A DNA stretch of 64,000 nt from Octopus sinensis (Eukaryota), in contig NC_043005.1 of assembly GCF_006345805.1 (NCBI RefSeq), forward strand, positions 97,340,001 to 97,404,000, written 5' to 3'. The translations under genes and the position numbers were made by a program. Every line of letters starts with the position of its first letter. The first letter of the stretch is position 1. A model generated the notes under the pieces. It worked only from the letters and a program-made list of their open reading frames with translations. It was not told where the DNA came from and did not search any database. Of this stretch, positions 39,776-50,738 are shown piece by piece.

Positions 39776-39796
39776 ATATATATATATATATATACA

Positions 39797-40624
39797 CTAG
39801 CAGAATTGCCCGGCGTTGCTCGGGGCTGAATTGCTTGAAAGTACTGTTAATGATTGCACTGAATTATGATGATTATTCAGGCAAATATTGATATAAGTTT
39901 ACGGTGGGAGATAAGGACTTAACGATTAAACGTGTGCCATTGCATTGTTTTGGGGGAACCAAATTTCTGATGAGCATTATAGGGGCACCAACTTTAAGTT
40001 TGAGAAAGTGTAGTCGTAGTCCGGGGTGCTCAAAGGAATTGAGTACCTCTATTGGATAGTTGATGACGTCCTCTGGGTCAGGAGTTGTATCGATAGACTG
40101 ATATACATAGACTTCCCCAGGAATGAGTTTTAGCATTTCATCATTAATATGGTGAACAGTTTTATTCCTCGGGGCCAGTATAGCCTTTTTGCCAATGCAA
40201 TCCATATTCTGATAATTAGCTTGTAGATCTGGGAACACTGCATCTCTGAGATCAGAAGGCGTCTTAACAATGGTACAAATGGAATCGATGGCAATATTAC
40301 CATTTTCATCCCCTGGTATTTTGCCTTCGCCAGTGCAAGGAGGGTGTGAGGAAATGCTGCTGATGTGATATTACGTCGCATATGAGCACGCATATTGGTG
40401 TGAAGTTTGAGAGTTACTTCCCTTTATTTAAAAAAATATGCATTAAAATGGAAAAAAATGATGGTAAATTATTTGTAAAATCATAGACTCATCGTAGATG
40501 CGCGCTGATACCCAGAAGGGCTCGATATGAATCACGACTTGGTTAAACTGCATCGCAAAATGTGGGAGTAGTTAGGAATCTAATTCGGAGTAGACAGACA
40601 CACAACCTTTCTTTTATATATAAA
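39797..40624 (-). mobile_element. Helitron derivative carrying a PIF1-like helicase fragment
   Basis: 3' hairpin CCCCGAGCAACGCCGGG..CTAG|T; ORF 39873-40238 AILAPRN..IN..LKLKVGAPIMLIRNL..CNGTRLIV typical of Helitron RepHel helicase. Confidence 0.9.
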
Positions 40625-40977
40625 TATTTTCGTCCTAAAAAACTTTGTATGGATTGAATGGTTACCTCTATGGAAATATATACACACACGTTATACATAC
40701 ATGTGTACATAGATGAATATATAAATACATTTATATATCTATATACACTTTTGGGCGATCTTTGTGCTACTTAGAGATAACTTTAGATCTTATTTTCGTC
40801 CTAAAAAACTTTGTGCGGAGTGAATGGTTATGTCTATGGAAATATATACACACACATTATACATACATCTGTGTATAGATGAATATATAAATACATTTAA
40901 ATATCTATATACACTTTTGGGCGATCTTTCTGCTACTTGTATATACTTTAGGTCTTATATTCGTCCTAAAAAACTTT
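40625..40977. repeat. ~166-bp tandem duplication (2.1 copies)
   Basis: TTCGTCCTAAAAAACTTT recurs near 40629, 40795 and 40960 with colinear interiors. Confidence 0.85.
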
Positions 40978-41021
40978 CCTGTCACACACTCACGCACACA
41001 CACACACCCTCACACACACAC

Positions 41022-41060
<39 letters not shown>

Positions 41061-41399
41061 AGCTTACAATTTTATTTATATATTTGCGTGTCTATGTGTG
41101 TAAAGAGGAAGTGGGAATGCAGAGTGAAAGAGTCACTCACTACAAAAAGTGAATTACTTTCACTTTAATCGTTGCACACTGTGTGTGTGCGTGTGCTGTA
41201 ACCCACACTAAGAAAAGCATTTGACTTATACACCACAATGTGAGTTTTCTCTAAATTTTGCTTAATTGGGGTTGAAATTGTAAAAACTGGACCTGGCACG
41301 ACCCGATGCATTCTACTCTTAAAAATGCTAGGTAAATTGTAATTGAAGAAATCCTATATTGTAGATTTCTAGAAGATATATATATATATATATATATAT

Positions 41400-41555
41400 G
41401 ATGGGCTTCTTTCAGTTTCCATCTACCACATCCATTCACAAGGCTTTGGTCGGCCCAAGGCTATAGTAGAAGACACTTGCCCAAGTGGCCACACAGAAGA
41501 ACTGAACCTGGAACTATGTGGTTGGGAAGCAGACTTCCTACCACACTGCCATGCC
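41400..41555 (-). mobile_element. CORE-like SINE 5' half
   Basis: Matches 43405-43561. Confidence 0.75.
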
Positions 41556-42299
41556 TGTTGAAATATGATGATGTAGTAGACATGGTTTTTTCCAAGGGTA
41601 CTAGTAAGCATAAGAGTATGGTTTCAACTAGGGATTGAAACTACTCTACAGAGTTGATTAGTCAAGAACTTAATTCTTTCAATAATGTAAGCATCACTTC
41701 AAACCAAGAACTACGTTACTTAAGCACTTTGAAACTACTCAAGATATATTATATTCACAGCCAACCCATGTTACCAGTGCCACCAAACCTTGTCAATCAA
41801 TGTGACAGGCTATGAACCCATTCATATAGTACCCCTGCTCATGTACAGTCATCTACAATGCAATGTTAATATTCTATTAGTTTTAGTTTTTTCTTACCTT
41901 CAATATGTGACAATAAATCCCTTAACCATCCAATCAGAAGATTCAGATTACTGCTTAAGAATCAAGCATAGAATTTCCATGAGACTTTTCACAGATGGGA
42001 GAAAAGGTATGAAAGAATAGTCGCAGTCACTGCAACAATAATGAGCCAAAGCAACACAAAATACAAAGCTGGTGCATGACTAATGTTTGCAGTGATTAAT
42101 CAACAATGGAATCTTAACATTTCTATAAGTGAAATACGATAAATTCCAGTTTTGAAGCTTAAACATAATAATAATAAAACAAGACAATCAAAGCAAAAAA
42201 TAACAATAAGCCGTCGTAATATAATTGCCATTTCTAAGGAACCTAAAACTTGACTTGACTTGAGACAGCATTCACCCGGGGTAGGTTGAGCTGGCTTCA

Positions 42300-42575
42300 T
42301 TCATCCTCAATGCTGCATCTCTCACAAACGCCGACCAGACCTGGCGATTTGATGCTAAAAACTGCGTGATCTCCAACCACTCCCTATTCCAGCAGCAAAC
42401 GCCATAGATATGGGGGTGGGGCTAGGTTGGGTTCCAGATCAGCCTTGACTGTCATCAGCCAGGTTTTTCGTTGTCCACCACATCGCTTTCACCAACCCTG
42501 AAGGGGAGCTGGGGCAATTGCTTCGTAGATGAATTCTCCTGGTTGACGACGGATGGCATGACCCAGCCAACACAG
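42300..42575 (-). mobile_element. RTE-like LINE C-terminal fragment (second family)
   Basis: LCWLGHAIRRQPGE..GGQRKTWLMTVKADL..ASNRQVWSAFV. Confidence 0.65.
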
Positions 42576-43103
42576 ATTAAAATATTTGAAAATAATTATC
42601 ATTAAAAAAAGAAAACAAGAAACACAATTTGCTTCTTATATATTATATATTATAGATACTTTTCTAAATAATAGATTATTGGTGAAGAAAAATGGAAGAG
42701 ATATGAAGCCAACAAGCAACAATAGAGACAACCTGCCTTGAAGTGCAGCAACTCCAAATAAAACTGATGCAGATTAGATAGGACATGTAAGCCCTGGTAG
42801 ACAGCCCCACCTAGTTCATAGTCCTTGTTGTAAAATGGTTGGCAATAGGAAAAGCATTGTTCCATAAAAACCATCCAGTAAAATAGAGCTATACACAGTA
42901 ACAGAGGATTGCAGCTTTCTTCTTTTTATTATGTGAGTTGAATGATAAAACACTGTATCAGATTTGTCCAACAAATGCCAGCATGGAAGAATGGATCGAT
43001 AACAATGACGATGGTAATAATAAAAGACCTTTCTGCTGCAAATGCAAAGATACTAGCAAGAGAAGAGTTAAGTCTACTAGCAATATTTTAAGCGTGATTT
43101 ACT

Positions 43104-43304
43104 TTTTTACTTGTTTCAGTCATTTGACTGTGGCCATGCTGGAGCATTGCCTTTAGCTGAGCAAATCGACCCCAGGACTTATTCTTTGTAAGCCTAGTAC
43201 TTATTCTATTGGTCTCTTTTGCCGAACTGCTAAGTTATGGGGATGTAAACACACCAGCATCGGTTGTCAAGCGATGTTGGGCGGACAAACACAGACACAT
43301 AAAC

Positions 43305-43377
<73 letters not shown>

Positions 43378-43561
43378 TATATATATATACATACATATAT
43401 ATACAATGGGCTTCTTTTAAGTTTCCATCTACCAAATCCACTCACAAGGCTTTGGTCGGCCTGAGGCTATAGTAGAAGACATTTGCTCAAGGTGCCACGC
43501 AGTGGGACTGAACCCAGACCATGTGGTTGGTAAGCAAGCTACTTACCACACAGCCACTCCT
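43104..43561 (-). mobile_element. Full-length tRNA-derived CORE-like SINE with internal microsatellite
   Basis: GGAGTGGCTGTGTGGTAAG..GGGTTCAGTCCC..GCACCTTGAGCAA head, (TA)/(TG) middle, GACTGAAACAAGTAAA 3' end. Confidence 0.85.
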
Positions 43562-44129
43562 GACTAATTTCACTAACAAAACTCGAAGATGTAAGTATAT
43601 GAAAATATCTTCATGTTATATCTAACTAAAATAATGGCTTCACAAATAACAGAACCAAATTTAAAAAACAATTGTTATTTGAGGTGATATTACTATGTTT
43701 TGTACTTTGACACTAACAAAATTAACCAAATTAATCAGGGTTGATATAGCAATTAAATGAAACAACGTCCAAGTGCTAACAATGTTCAAAGTAAATTAGT
43801 CATTACACACAAATTACTATAATTGGCAGTAAAATGACAAACCAACAGAATCAGAATCAGGGTTTTATTTTACCCACATCATGAATTCGGATATGTCAGT
43901 ACTTTTTGCATTCAACTGTTGGAATGTGTAATTTCCCTGTTATTTAGCATTTGGTTGAGTGCTCTTTTTACCAAGTGACCAATGAATGCAGGTAACAGCA
44001 TTGTAGTCCATCATGGATGTATTGGACATCTAGTAAATCATTCTCAAATCTGAAAGCCTGGACAGTGGGAAATACTCATGTACACCTGTGGCATGAAAAA
44101 CAAACAGTACAGTAGGTAATAATACCCCT

Positions 44130-44310
44130 AACATCCACTTTCCATGCTAGCATGGGTTGGACGGTTCGACCAGGGTCTGGGAAGCCAGGAGGCTGCACCA
44201 GGCGCCAGTCTGATCTGGCAGTGTTTCTACAGCAGGATGCCCTTCCTAACGCCAACCACTCCATGAGTGTAGTGGGTGCTTTTTACATGCTACCGGCACA
44301 GGTGCCAGCC
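44130..44310 (-). mobile_element. RTE-family 3' tail fragment
   Basis: TTTCCATGCTAGCATGGGTTGGACGG..GGATGCCCTTCCTAACGCC. Confidence 0.75.
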
Positions 44311-44314
44311 TATG

Positions 44315-44366
<52 letters not shown>

Positions 44367-44391
44367 ATATGTGTGTATATGTATATATATA

Positions 44392-45182
44392 ATTAAGTTA
44401 AGTTAATTTTTGGGCTCAAAAAGCAAAAGCAAGGCCATTTAGGGGGACATGGAGTTATGTACAGGGAGGGTGTTCATGCAAAGAGTTCAGGCCATTTCTG
44501 GTCAAGAGAGACATTGAACCGAGCGGTCGTCGGCATCTTCACTATCTCATCCGGCAGCTTATTCCACGGATCCGCAACCCAGATGGAGAAAGCCGCTCTC
44601 CTTCGATTGAGATGAAATCGTTGCAGATAGAGCTTTTCAGAGTGACCCCGCAGCCGACACTCTGGAGCAGGAGTGAAGAACAGCTCTTTCGAGAGGGTAC
44701 ACTTTCCACTTATGATGTTGTGAGCGAGAATGAGATCACCACGGCGGCGGCGTTTTTCTAGAGAATAAAAGTCAAGCGTCTTCAGCCTTTCTTCGTAAGA
44801 CAAATGCTTGAGACCAAGAACCATGCGGGTAGCCAGCTTCTGGACTCTTTCAAAATGATATATGTCTTTGAGAAGAGAAGGAGAAGAGGCTTGAATCCCA
44901 TACTCCAATATGGGTATCACCAGCATGACATAGAGTGGTAGGAACATGGCTGCTGTGAGCATTCCGAATGACCGTCAAATCAAAAACAGAACTCCGTGTG
45001 CTTTGTTGGCAGCATGGACGCATAGGGCCGAAGGCGAAAAGGAAGAATCCACCAAGCTACCCAGGTCCTTTACCTGGTCGGTCTTCTCCAGCAGCAGACG
45101 ACCTGGCACAATATCAAGTTGGGTTGCAAGAGAGGAGCCAACAGGCAGATGACAGCACTTTGATACGTTCAGACACAGGTCC
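44392..45182 (-). mobile_element. CR1-type LINE 3' fragment (same family as 29396-30265, inverted)
   Basis: ORF 44474-44962 PILEYGIQAS..ERVQKLATRMV..LSYEERL..SLEKRRRRGDLI..RGHSEKL..WNKLP. Confidence 0.9.
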
Positions 45183-45391
45183 CAGGGGCTAAACACAGAG
45201 AGGACAAACAAGGACAGACAAACGGATTAAGTCGATTATATCGACTCCAGAGCGTAACTGGTACTTATTTAATCGACCCCGAAAGGATGAAAGGCAAAGT
45301 CGGCCTCGGCGGAATTTGAACTCAGAATGTAACGGCAGATGAAATACCACTAAGCAGTTCGCCTGGCATGCTAACGTTTCTACCAGCTCAC
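45183..45391 (-). mobile_element. Nin/Deu-domain SINE lacking its 3' tail, abutting CR1
   Basis: Matches 53732-53960 but stops at TTTAGCCCCT and runs into CR1 sequence. Confidence 0.8.
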
Positions 45392-46167
45392 CAACTTAAC
45401 AGTAGCAACAAACACAAACACACACACACACACAGAGTGGTGTGTACCTGTGTGTAACCTAAAAAGTATCAGTTTCTATTCTTGCTCTATTTATTTATTG
45501 CACAGCACCTCTTCAACATTATTTTCTTGCAATCAAATTTTTTTCCTGCATTCATTTATGATATATGTGTCATGTGACCACAGTATCAACTATATGATAT
45601 TGAATTTCCTGCTACAAACATTCTGACAAAAAATTCCCTAAATAAAAGGAGGTCAAATATTTGTGTGGTAGTGTGGTCATGGCATGTAGAACACACAAAG
45701 ATTTATGCTGGGTGTGAGATATAAAGAATAGACGGCATTAATATGACCAAAAATGAGTAAAATCGAAGAATAAGAGGATAACTGAAACAAGAAGCACAAA
45801 TATCAGAGCAAAAACTAATAAAGTTTAAGGAGTCAAAACAAAACCTGCTGCTAAGAAAATATTGTAAGTCATCCATATTCTTTGATATAAAAAAAGTGGT
45901 GGGGGGGGGACTATAAGAGTATTAGAAATGTTGAAAACAATCCTTCGTCTACAAAATTGTAGAACAGCTTAACTATACAAATAGTGTAAAGTAATACATT
46001 ATTGAGCTTTTCAATATAGATTGTAGCTGATGTAGTTCTTGGTAGACAAACTAATATCATAGGTTCACAGTTATCTAAGGAATGCGTACCCAAAAACAGG
46101 TCAGACTAAGGAAAATTTTTTATATGGAAAGAAATAAAGCTTATTTATTTGTTTGTTTTAATCACAC

Positions 46168-47815
46168 ATCATCATCAACATCCATTGTACATGCTGGCAT
46201 GGTTTGGATGGTTTGACCAGGGCTGGCAAGCTGGAAGGCTGCACCAGATTCCAGCCTGATTTGGCATGGTTTTCTACAGCTGGATGCCCTTCCTAATGCC
46301 AACTAGGCTGAGAATGTAACGGGTGCTTTTACGAGCCACTGGCACAGGCGCCATTTGTGAGACACAAGTATATGCCATGACTGCGATCTTACTTGGCTTG
46401 ATGGGTCTTCTCATGTGCAACATAATGCCAAGGTCTTGGCTCAACACTCAAAAGGAAAGGCCTTTCATGTGCCACCGGCATTGGTCATGACTACGATTTC
46501 ACTTGGCTTTCACTGCATATCGCCAAAAGTCTTAGTCACTATTCATTTGCTTCTGTGAAACCCAAAATTCGAAGATCATGCTTCACACCTCATCTCATAT
46601 CTTCTTGGGTCTACCTCTACCACAGGTTTCCTCCACAGTTAGAGATCAGCACTTCTTTACACAGCTGTCCTCATTCATATGCATCCCATCACCATATCAG
46701 CACAGTTTGTCTCCCTTGCACAGGAAATCCTATGTCTTTTATGCCCAATTTTTCGCTTAAGATGTTTACACTGTTGTACATGCACACTGACATTGCACAT
46801 CAGTGAAGCATACTGGTTTCATTTCTTTCAAGCCTACGCATGTCCTCAGCTGTCACAGCCCATGTTTCATTGACGTGTAGCATAGCTGTTCGCACACAGG
46901 CATTATACAATCTGCCTTTCACTCTGAGGGAGAAGCCCTTTGTTGTCAGCAGAGGTAGGAGCTCTCTGAACTTTGCCCACCCTATTCTTATTCTAGTAGC
47001 TACACTCTCAGAGCATCCACCTCCACTACTAACTTGGTCACTTATATAATGGAAGCTATCTACTACCACTGGCAGTTGATGGAGTCTATTTTCTGTACAT
47101 TTTCAGTGTTTATTGTACCTGTGCACTTTCCATACACAAAAGCTATTTTCCCTGTTAAACTTCTGATATTGCTGCACCACTTATCCATAGCTTACACTAG
47201 GTACACCTTATGGAGTTTCTACCTATGCCTTTTCTACAGATCAAACAGAGCCATTTATCTGAAGGGATTTGTAATTTGTCTGCCCTCCTAGGACCTTGGT
47301 TTTTGCAAGATTAACTCTAAGGCCCTTTAATTCTAGACCTTGCTTCCATATCTGAAACTTCTCTAGTTCTGGTAGGGATTCAGCTATAAGAACAAGGTCA
47401 TCAGCATAGAGGAGCTCCCAGAGGTAGCCTGTATTAAATTCTTCTGTTATTGCCTGGAGGACTATGATGAACAAAAGGGGGCTGAGGACCAATCCTTGGT
47501 GAACCCCCACTTGTGCCCTGAATTAATTGCTGTACTCATTGCCAATCCTCACCTTACTGATAGTGTACCTGTACATGGCTTGTACAGCTTTCACCAATCA
47601 ATTGTCTATCCCTAATTTCCACATTGACCATCAGATAAGGGATCGGGGGGAACCTTGTCAAGGCTTTCTCAAGTCAACAAAAGCCAAGTACAGAGGTTTA
47701 TCTTTGGCTATGTATTTCTCCTGCAGCTGCCTTATCAGAAATATAGCATCTCTCCCTAATTAGTTGGGCTATGACCTTCTCTGTAACTTGGTCCAACAAT
47801 TTGATACCTCTGTAA
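46168..47815 (-). mobile_element. RTE LINE, 5'-truncated, decayed RT plus 3' UTR
   Basis: GVHQGLVLSPLLFIIVL..WELLYADDLVL; RIRIGWAKFREL..KGRLYNACVRTAMLH..ETW; tail ending (GAT)n. Confidence 0.9.
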
Positions 47816-48205
47816 AACAAAAATCTGAAAAATCCCATTCAAAATGGAGAAATTCCAATTTATGTGGGCGACCTATCCCAGACATCCGTCTAAACTTTGA
47901 ATAAACAATTAACAATTCATATCATCATAATCATATTAAAGCAAATGAATCATAACATGCAAAATTCAAGCAATGTTATTATAACAGAGAACTGACAAGA
48001 AATTATGAAATAGCATGTTTCCTTTATGTAAATCATTAATTGAGTTCTAAATTAGCTAAACAACTATTTATCTGAATGATTTTCAAAACAACCCTTACTT
48101 CAACACTACAAAGAAAAAATAACAATGTCTTTGGTATATCAAAACAGTAGCTTCATAAACAGCTTTATTAATAATAAATAAACTGCTACTAACAGACTAT
48201 TATAA

Positions 48206-48377
48206 TTGCAGATGTGGTGTGGCAAAGAAAGTTGCTTCCCAAACATGTGGTCTTGGGTTCAGTCCCACTCTGCATCACCTTGGGCAAATGATTTCTAGTA
48301 TATCCCAGACTTACCAAAGCCTTATGAGTTGATTAGTTAAACAGAAACTGAAAGAAGCCTGTTGTATATATATATAA
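48206..48377 (+). mobile_element. 5' half of a CORE-like SINE split by the ribozyme block (3' half ~51240-51438)
   Basis: GGGTTCAGTCCCAC..CACCTTGGGCAA..GAAACTGAAAGAAGCC(TA)n; the SINE resumes after 51239 (GTGTTTGTCCCCCC..AAAAGAGACC..GAATAAGT). Confidence 0.75.
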
Positions 48378-49240
48378 TAAAATAGTCGGGTAAGGTATAA
48401 TTATTTATTATTTATGCTTTATACTGACTTAATTCCGAAACGCGCATCCGTAGGTAACCTAATATAGAATGATTTTCGTCATTTTTTTCCCTTTTGCCTG
48501 CGTGGTTTGTTTTCAAGTGCTTTGGTTTTTCTGGGAATTCCCTTTAAAGTAGAAGGAATAGCTAAGATTTTTTGACTGCTATTTCTGAACTTCGGTGTGT
48601 GGTGAAGCAAATCGTTGCTGAACCCTAATTATATAGTATTACTTAAACTTACCATGAAATGGTCTTTTTTCATGCCGAATTCTACTTGGGGAAATTATTG
48701 ATTACTTCTTAATTAATTAATTTCACCCTTTGTTATTATTGATAATATTATTTTTCTCCCAGAAAAAAACTTTAGCATCTTACTTTGGCAACACGCTGGT
48801 GGGCGAGGGAGGATGACTTACTCTCATTCATTTTTTTGAATTTGGCGGCACTAGCATGGAATATGATCTCTGTTACCGTTAGGTGAAGTGATGGTTTCCA
48901 GTGCCTTCAAATTTAATATGCAATTATTAATAATTGAGATACAATTATTTATAGTTGAGGAATCCTACGCTGAAGAGACGAAATTAGTTGGGTAAGGTAT
49001 AATTATTTATTATTTGTGCTTTATACTGACTTAATTCCGAAACGCACATCTGTAGGTAACCTAATATAGAATGATTTTCGTCATTTTTTTCCCTTTTGCC
49101 TGCGTGGTTTGTTTTCAAGTGCTTTGGTTTTTCTGGGAACTCCCTTTAAAGTAGAAGGAATAGCTAAGATTTTTTGACTGCTATTTCTGAACTTCGATGT
49201 GTGGTGAAGCAAATCGTTGCTGAACCCTAATTATATAGTA
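48378..49240 (+). mobile_element. Hammerhead-containing tandem repeat family A (602-bp period, 1.4 units); Penelope-LTR/retrozyme-like
   Basis: GGGTAAGGTATAATT at 48388 and 48990 with ~260 bp near-identical; no long ORF. Confidence 0.8.
48964..49056 (+). ncRNA. Type I hammerhead ribozyme, partly decayed (family A)
   Basis: CCTACG-CTGAAGA-long stem II-GAAA-CGCACA-TC-TGTAGG; the half copy at 48437-48454 reads GAAACGCGCATCCGTAGG, consistent with CpG decay of an ACGCGCGT palindrome. Confidence 0.65.
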
Positions 49241-49258
49241 TATATATTTATATATATA

Positions 49259-49291
<33 letters not shown>

Positions 49292-49477
49292 CTAAGCAAT
49301 AAAGGGTTTAGCAACGAATTGCCTTACCACATACCGAATTTAGAAATAGCAGTCAAAGAGTTATAGCTATTTCTTCTACTAAAAAGGGAGATCTCAGTAA
49401 AAACAGCAATTGGAAGGCAGACACAAACAGGTAAGAGAGAATGAATTGACGGCAATCTATCATACAATTTTAAGTTA

Positions 49478-49577
49478 TCTACGGACGCACGTTTCGAAAT
49501 CAAGTTTTTAGGAAAGCATAAGAATTAAATATTAAATAATTCTACCTTACCAAAACTTCTTTTCTCTTCAGCGTAGA
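49478..49577 (-). ncRNA. Type I hammerhead ribozyme B1 (intact)
   Basis: UCUACG-CUGAAGA-69-nt stem II-GAAA-CGUGCG-UC-CGUAGA: perfect 6-bp stem I, full catalytic core, GUC triplet, cleavage predicted between 49484 and 49483. Confidence 0.85.
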
Positions 49578-50070
49578 ATACTATAATCATAAATGATTAT
49601 ATATTGAATTTTGAGATACTAGAAGGCACCAACTCAACTCAGTATCAGAGCGAGCTAGAATCCGCAACTAGTATCACCAAACTCAAAGTGTGAATAAAAA
49701 GATTGTGTCACCAGCCCCTTCCCACCCGCGTGTAGCCAAAACAAGATGCTGTGGTCATCTACTGAGATAAAATATGGTTATCCGTAATAATGAAGGGTGA
49801 AATTAATTAATTTGGAATAATTATCAATTACACCAAGTAGTCTTCGGCATGTAAAAGCTTCATTCGAGGAAAATTTAAGTAATACTAAGCAATAAAGGGT
49901 TTAGCAACGAATTGCCTTACCACATACCGAATTTAGAAATAGCAGTCAAAGAGTTATAGCTATTTCTTCTACTAAAAAGGGAGATCTCAGTAAAAACAGC
50001 AATTGGAAGGCAGACACAAACAGGTAAGAGAGAATGAATTGACGGCAATCTATCATACAATTTTAAGTTA

Positions 50071-50167
50071 TCTACGGACGCACTTTCGAAATCAAGTTTT
50101 TAGGAAAGCATAAGAATTAATATAAATAATTCTACCTTACCAAAACTTCTTTTCTCTTCAGCGTAGA
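50071..50167 (-). ncRNA. Type I hammerhead ribozyme B2 (1-nt deletion in stem III, possibly a consensus error)
   Basis: Same as B1 but GAAAGUGCGUC. Confidence 0.7.
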
Positions 50168-50641
50168 ATACTATAATCATAAATGATTATATATTGAATT
50201 TTGGATACTAGAAGGCCCAACTCAACTCATCAGAGCGAGCTAGATCCGAATCGCACTAGTATCACCAACTCAGTGTGAATAAAAGATGTGTCACCAGCCC
50301 CTTCCCACCCGCGTGTAGCCAAAACAGATGCTGTGGTCATCTACTGAGATAAAATATGGTTATCCGTAATAATGAAGTGAAATTAATTAATTTGGAATAA
50401 TTATCAATTACACCAAGTAGTCTTCGGCATGTAAAAGCTTCATTCGAGAAAATTTAAGTAACTAAGCAATAAAGGTTTTAGCAACGAATTGCCTTACCAC
50501 ATACCGAATTTAGAAATAGCAGTCAAGAGTTTAGCTATTTCTTCTACTAAAAAGGGAGATCTCAGTAAAAACAGCAATTGGAGGCAGACACAACAGTAAG
50601 AGAGAATGAATTGACGGCAATCTATCATACATTTTAAGTTA

Positions 50642-50738
50642 TCTACGGACGCACGTTTCGAAATCAAGTTTTTTGAAAGCATAGAATTAAATATTAAATA
50701 TTCTACCTTACCAAAACTTCTTTTCTCTTCAGCGTAGA
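50642..50738 (-). ncRNA. Type I hammerhead ribozyme B3 (core intact)
   Basis: UCUACG CUGAAGA ... GAAACGUGCGUC CGUAGA. Confidence 0.82.

Noticed and set aside
39873-40238. Cellular PIF1 helicase gene
   Set aside because: Fragment enclosed by Helitron termini and lacking the rest of the helicase
41898-42122. NUMT (TGA read as Trp)
   Set aside because: Translation in the invertebrate mitochondrial code did not resemble any mitochondrial protein I recognise
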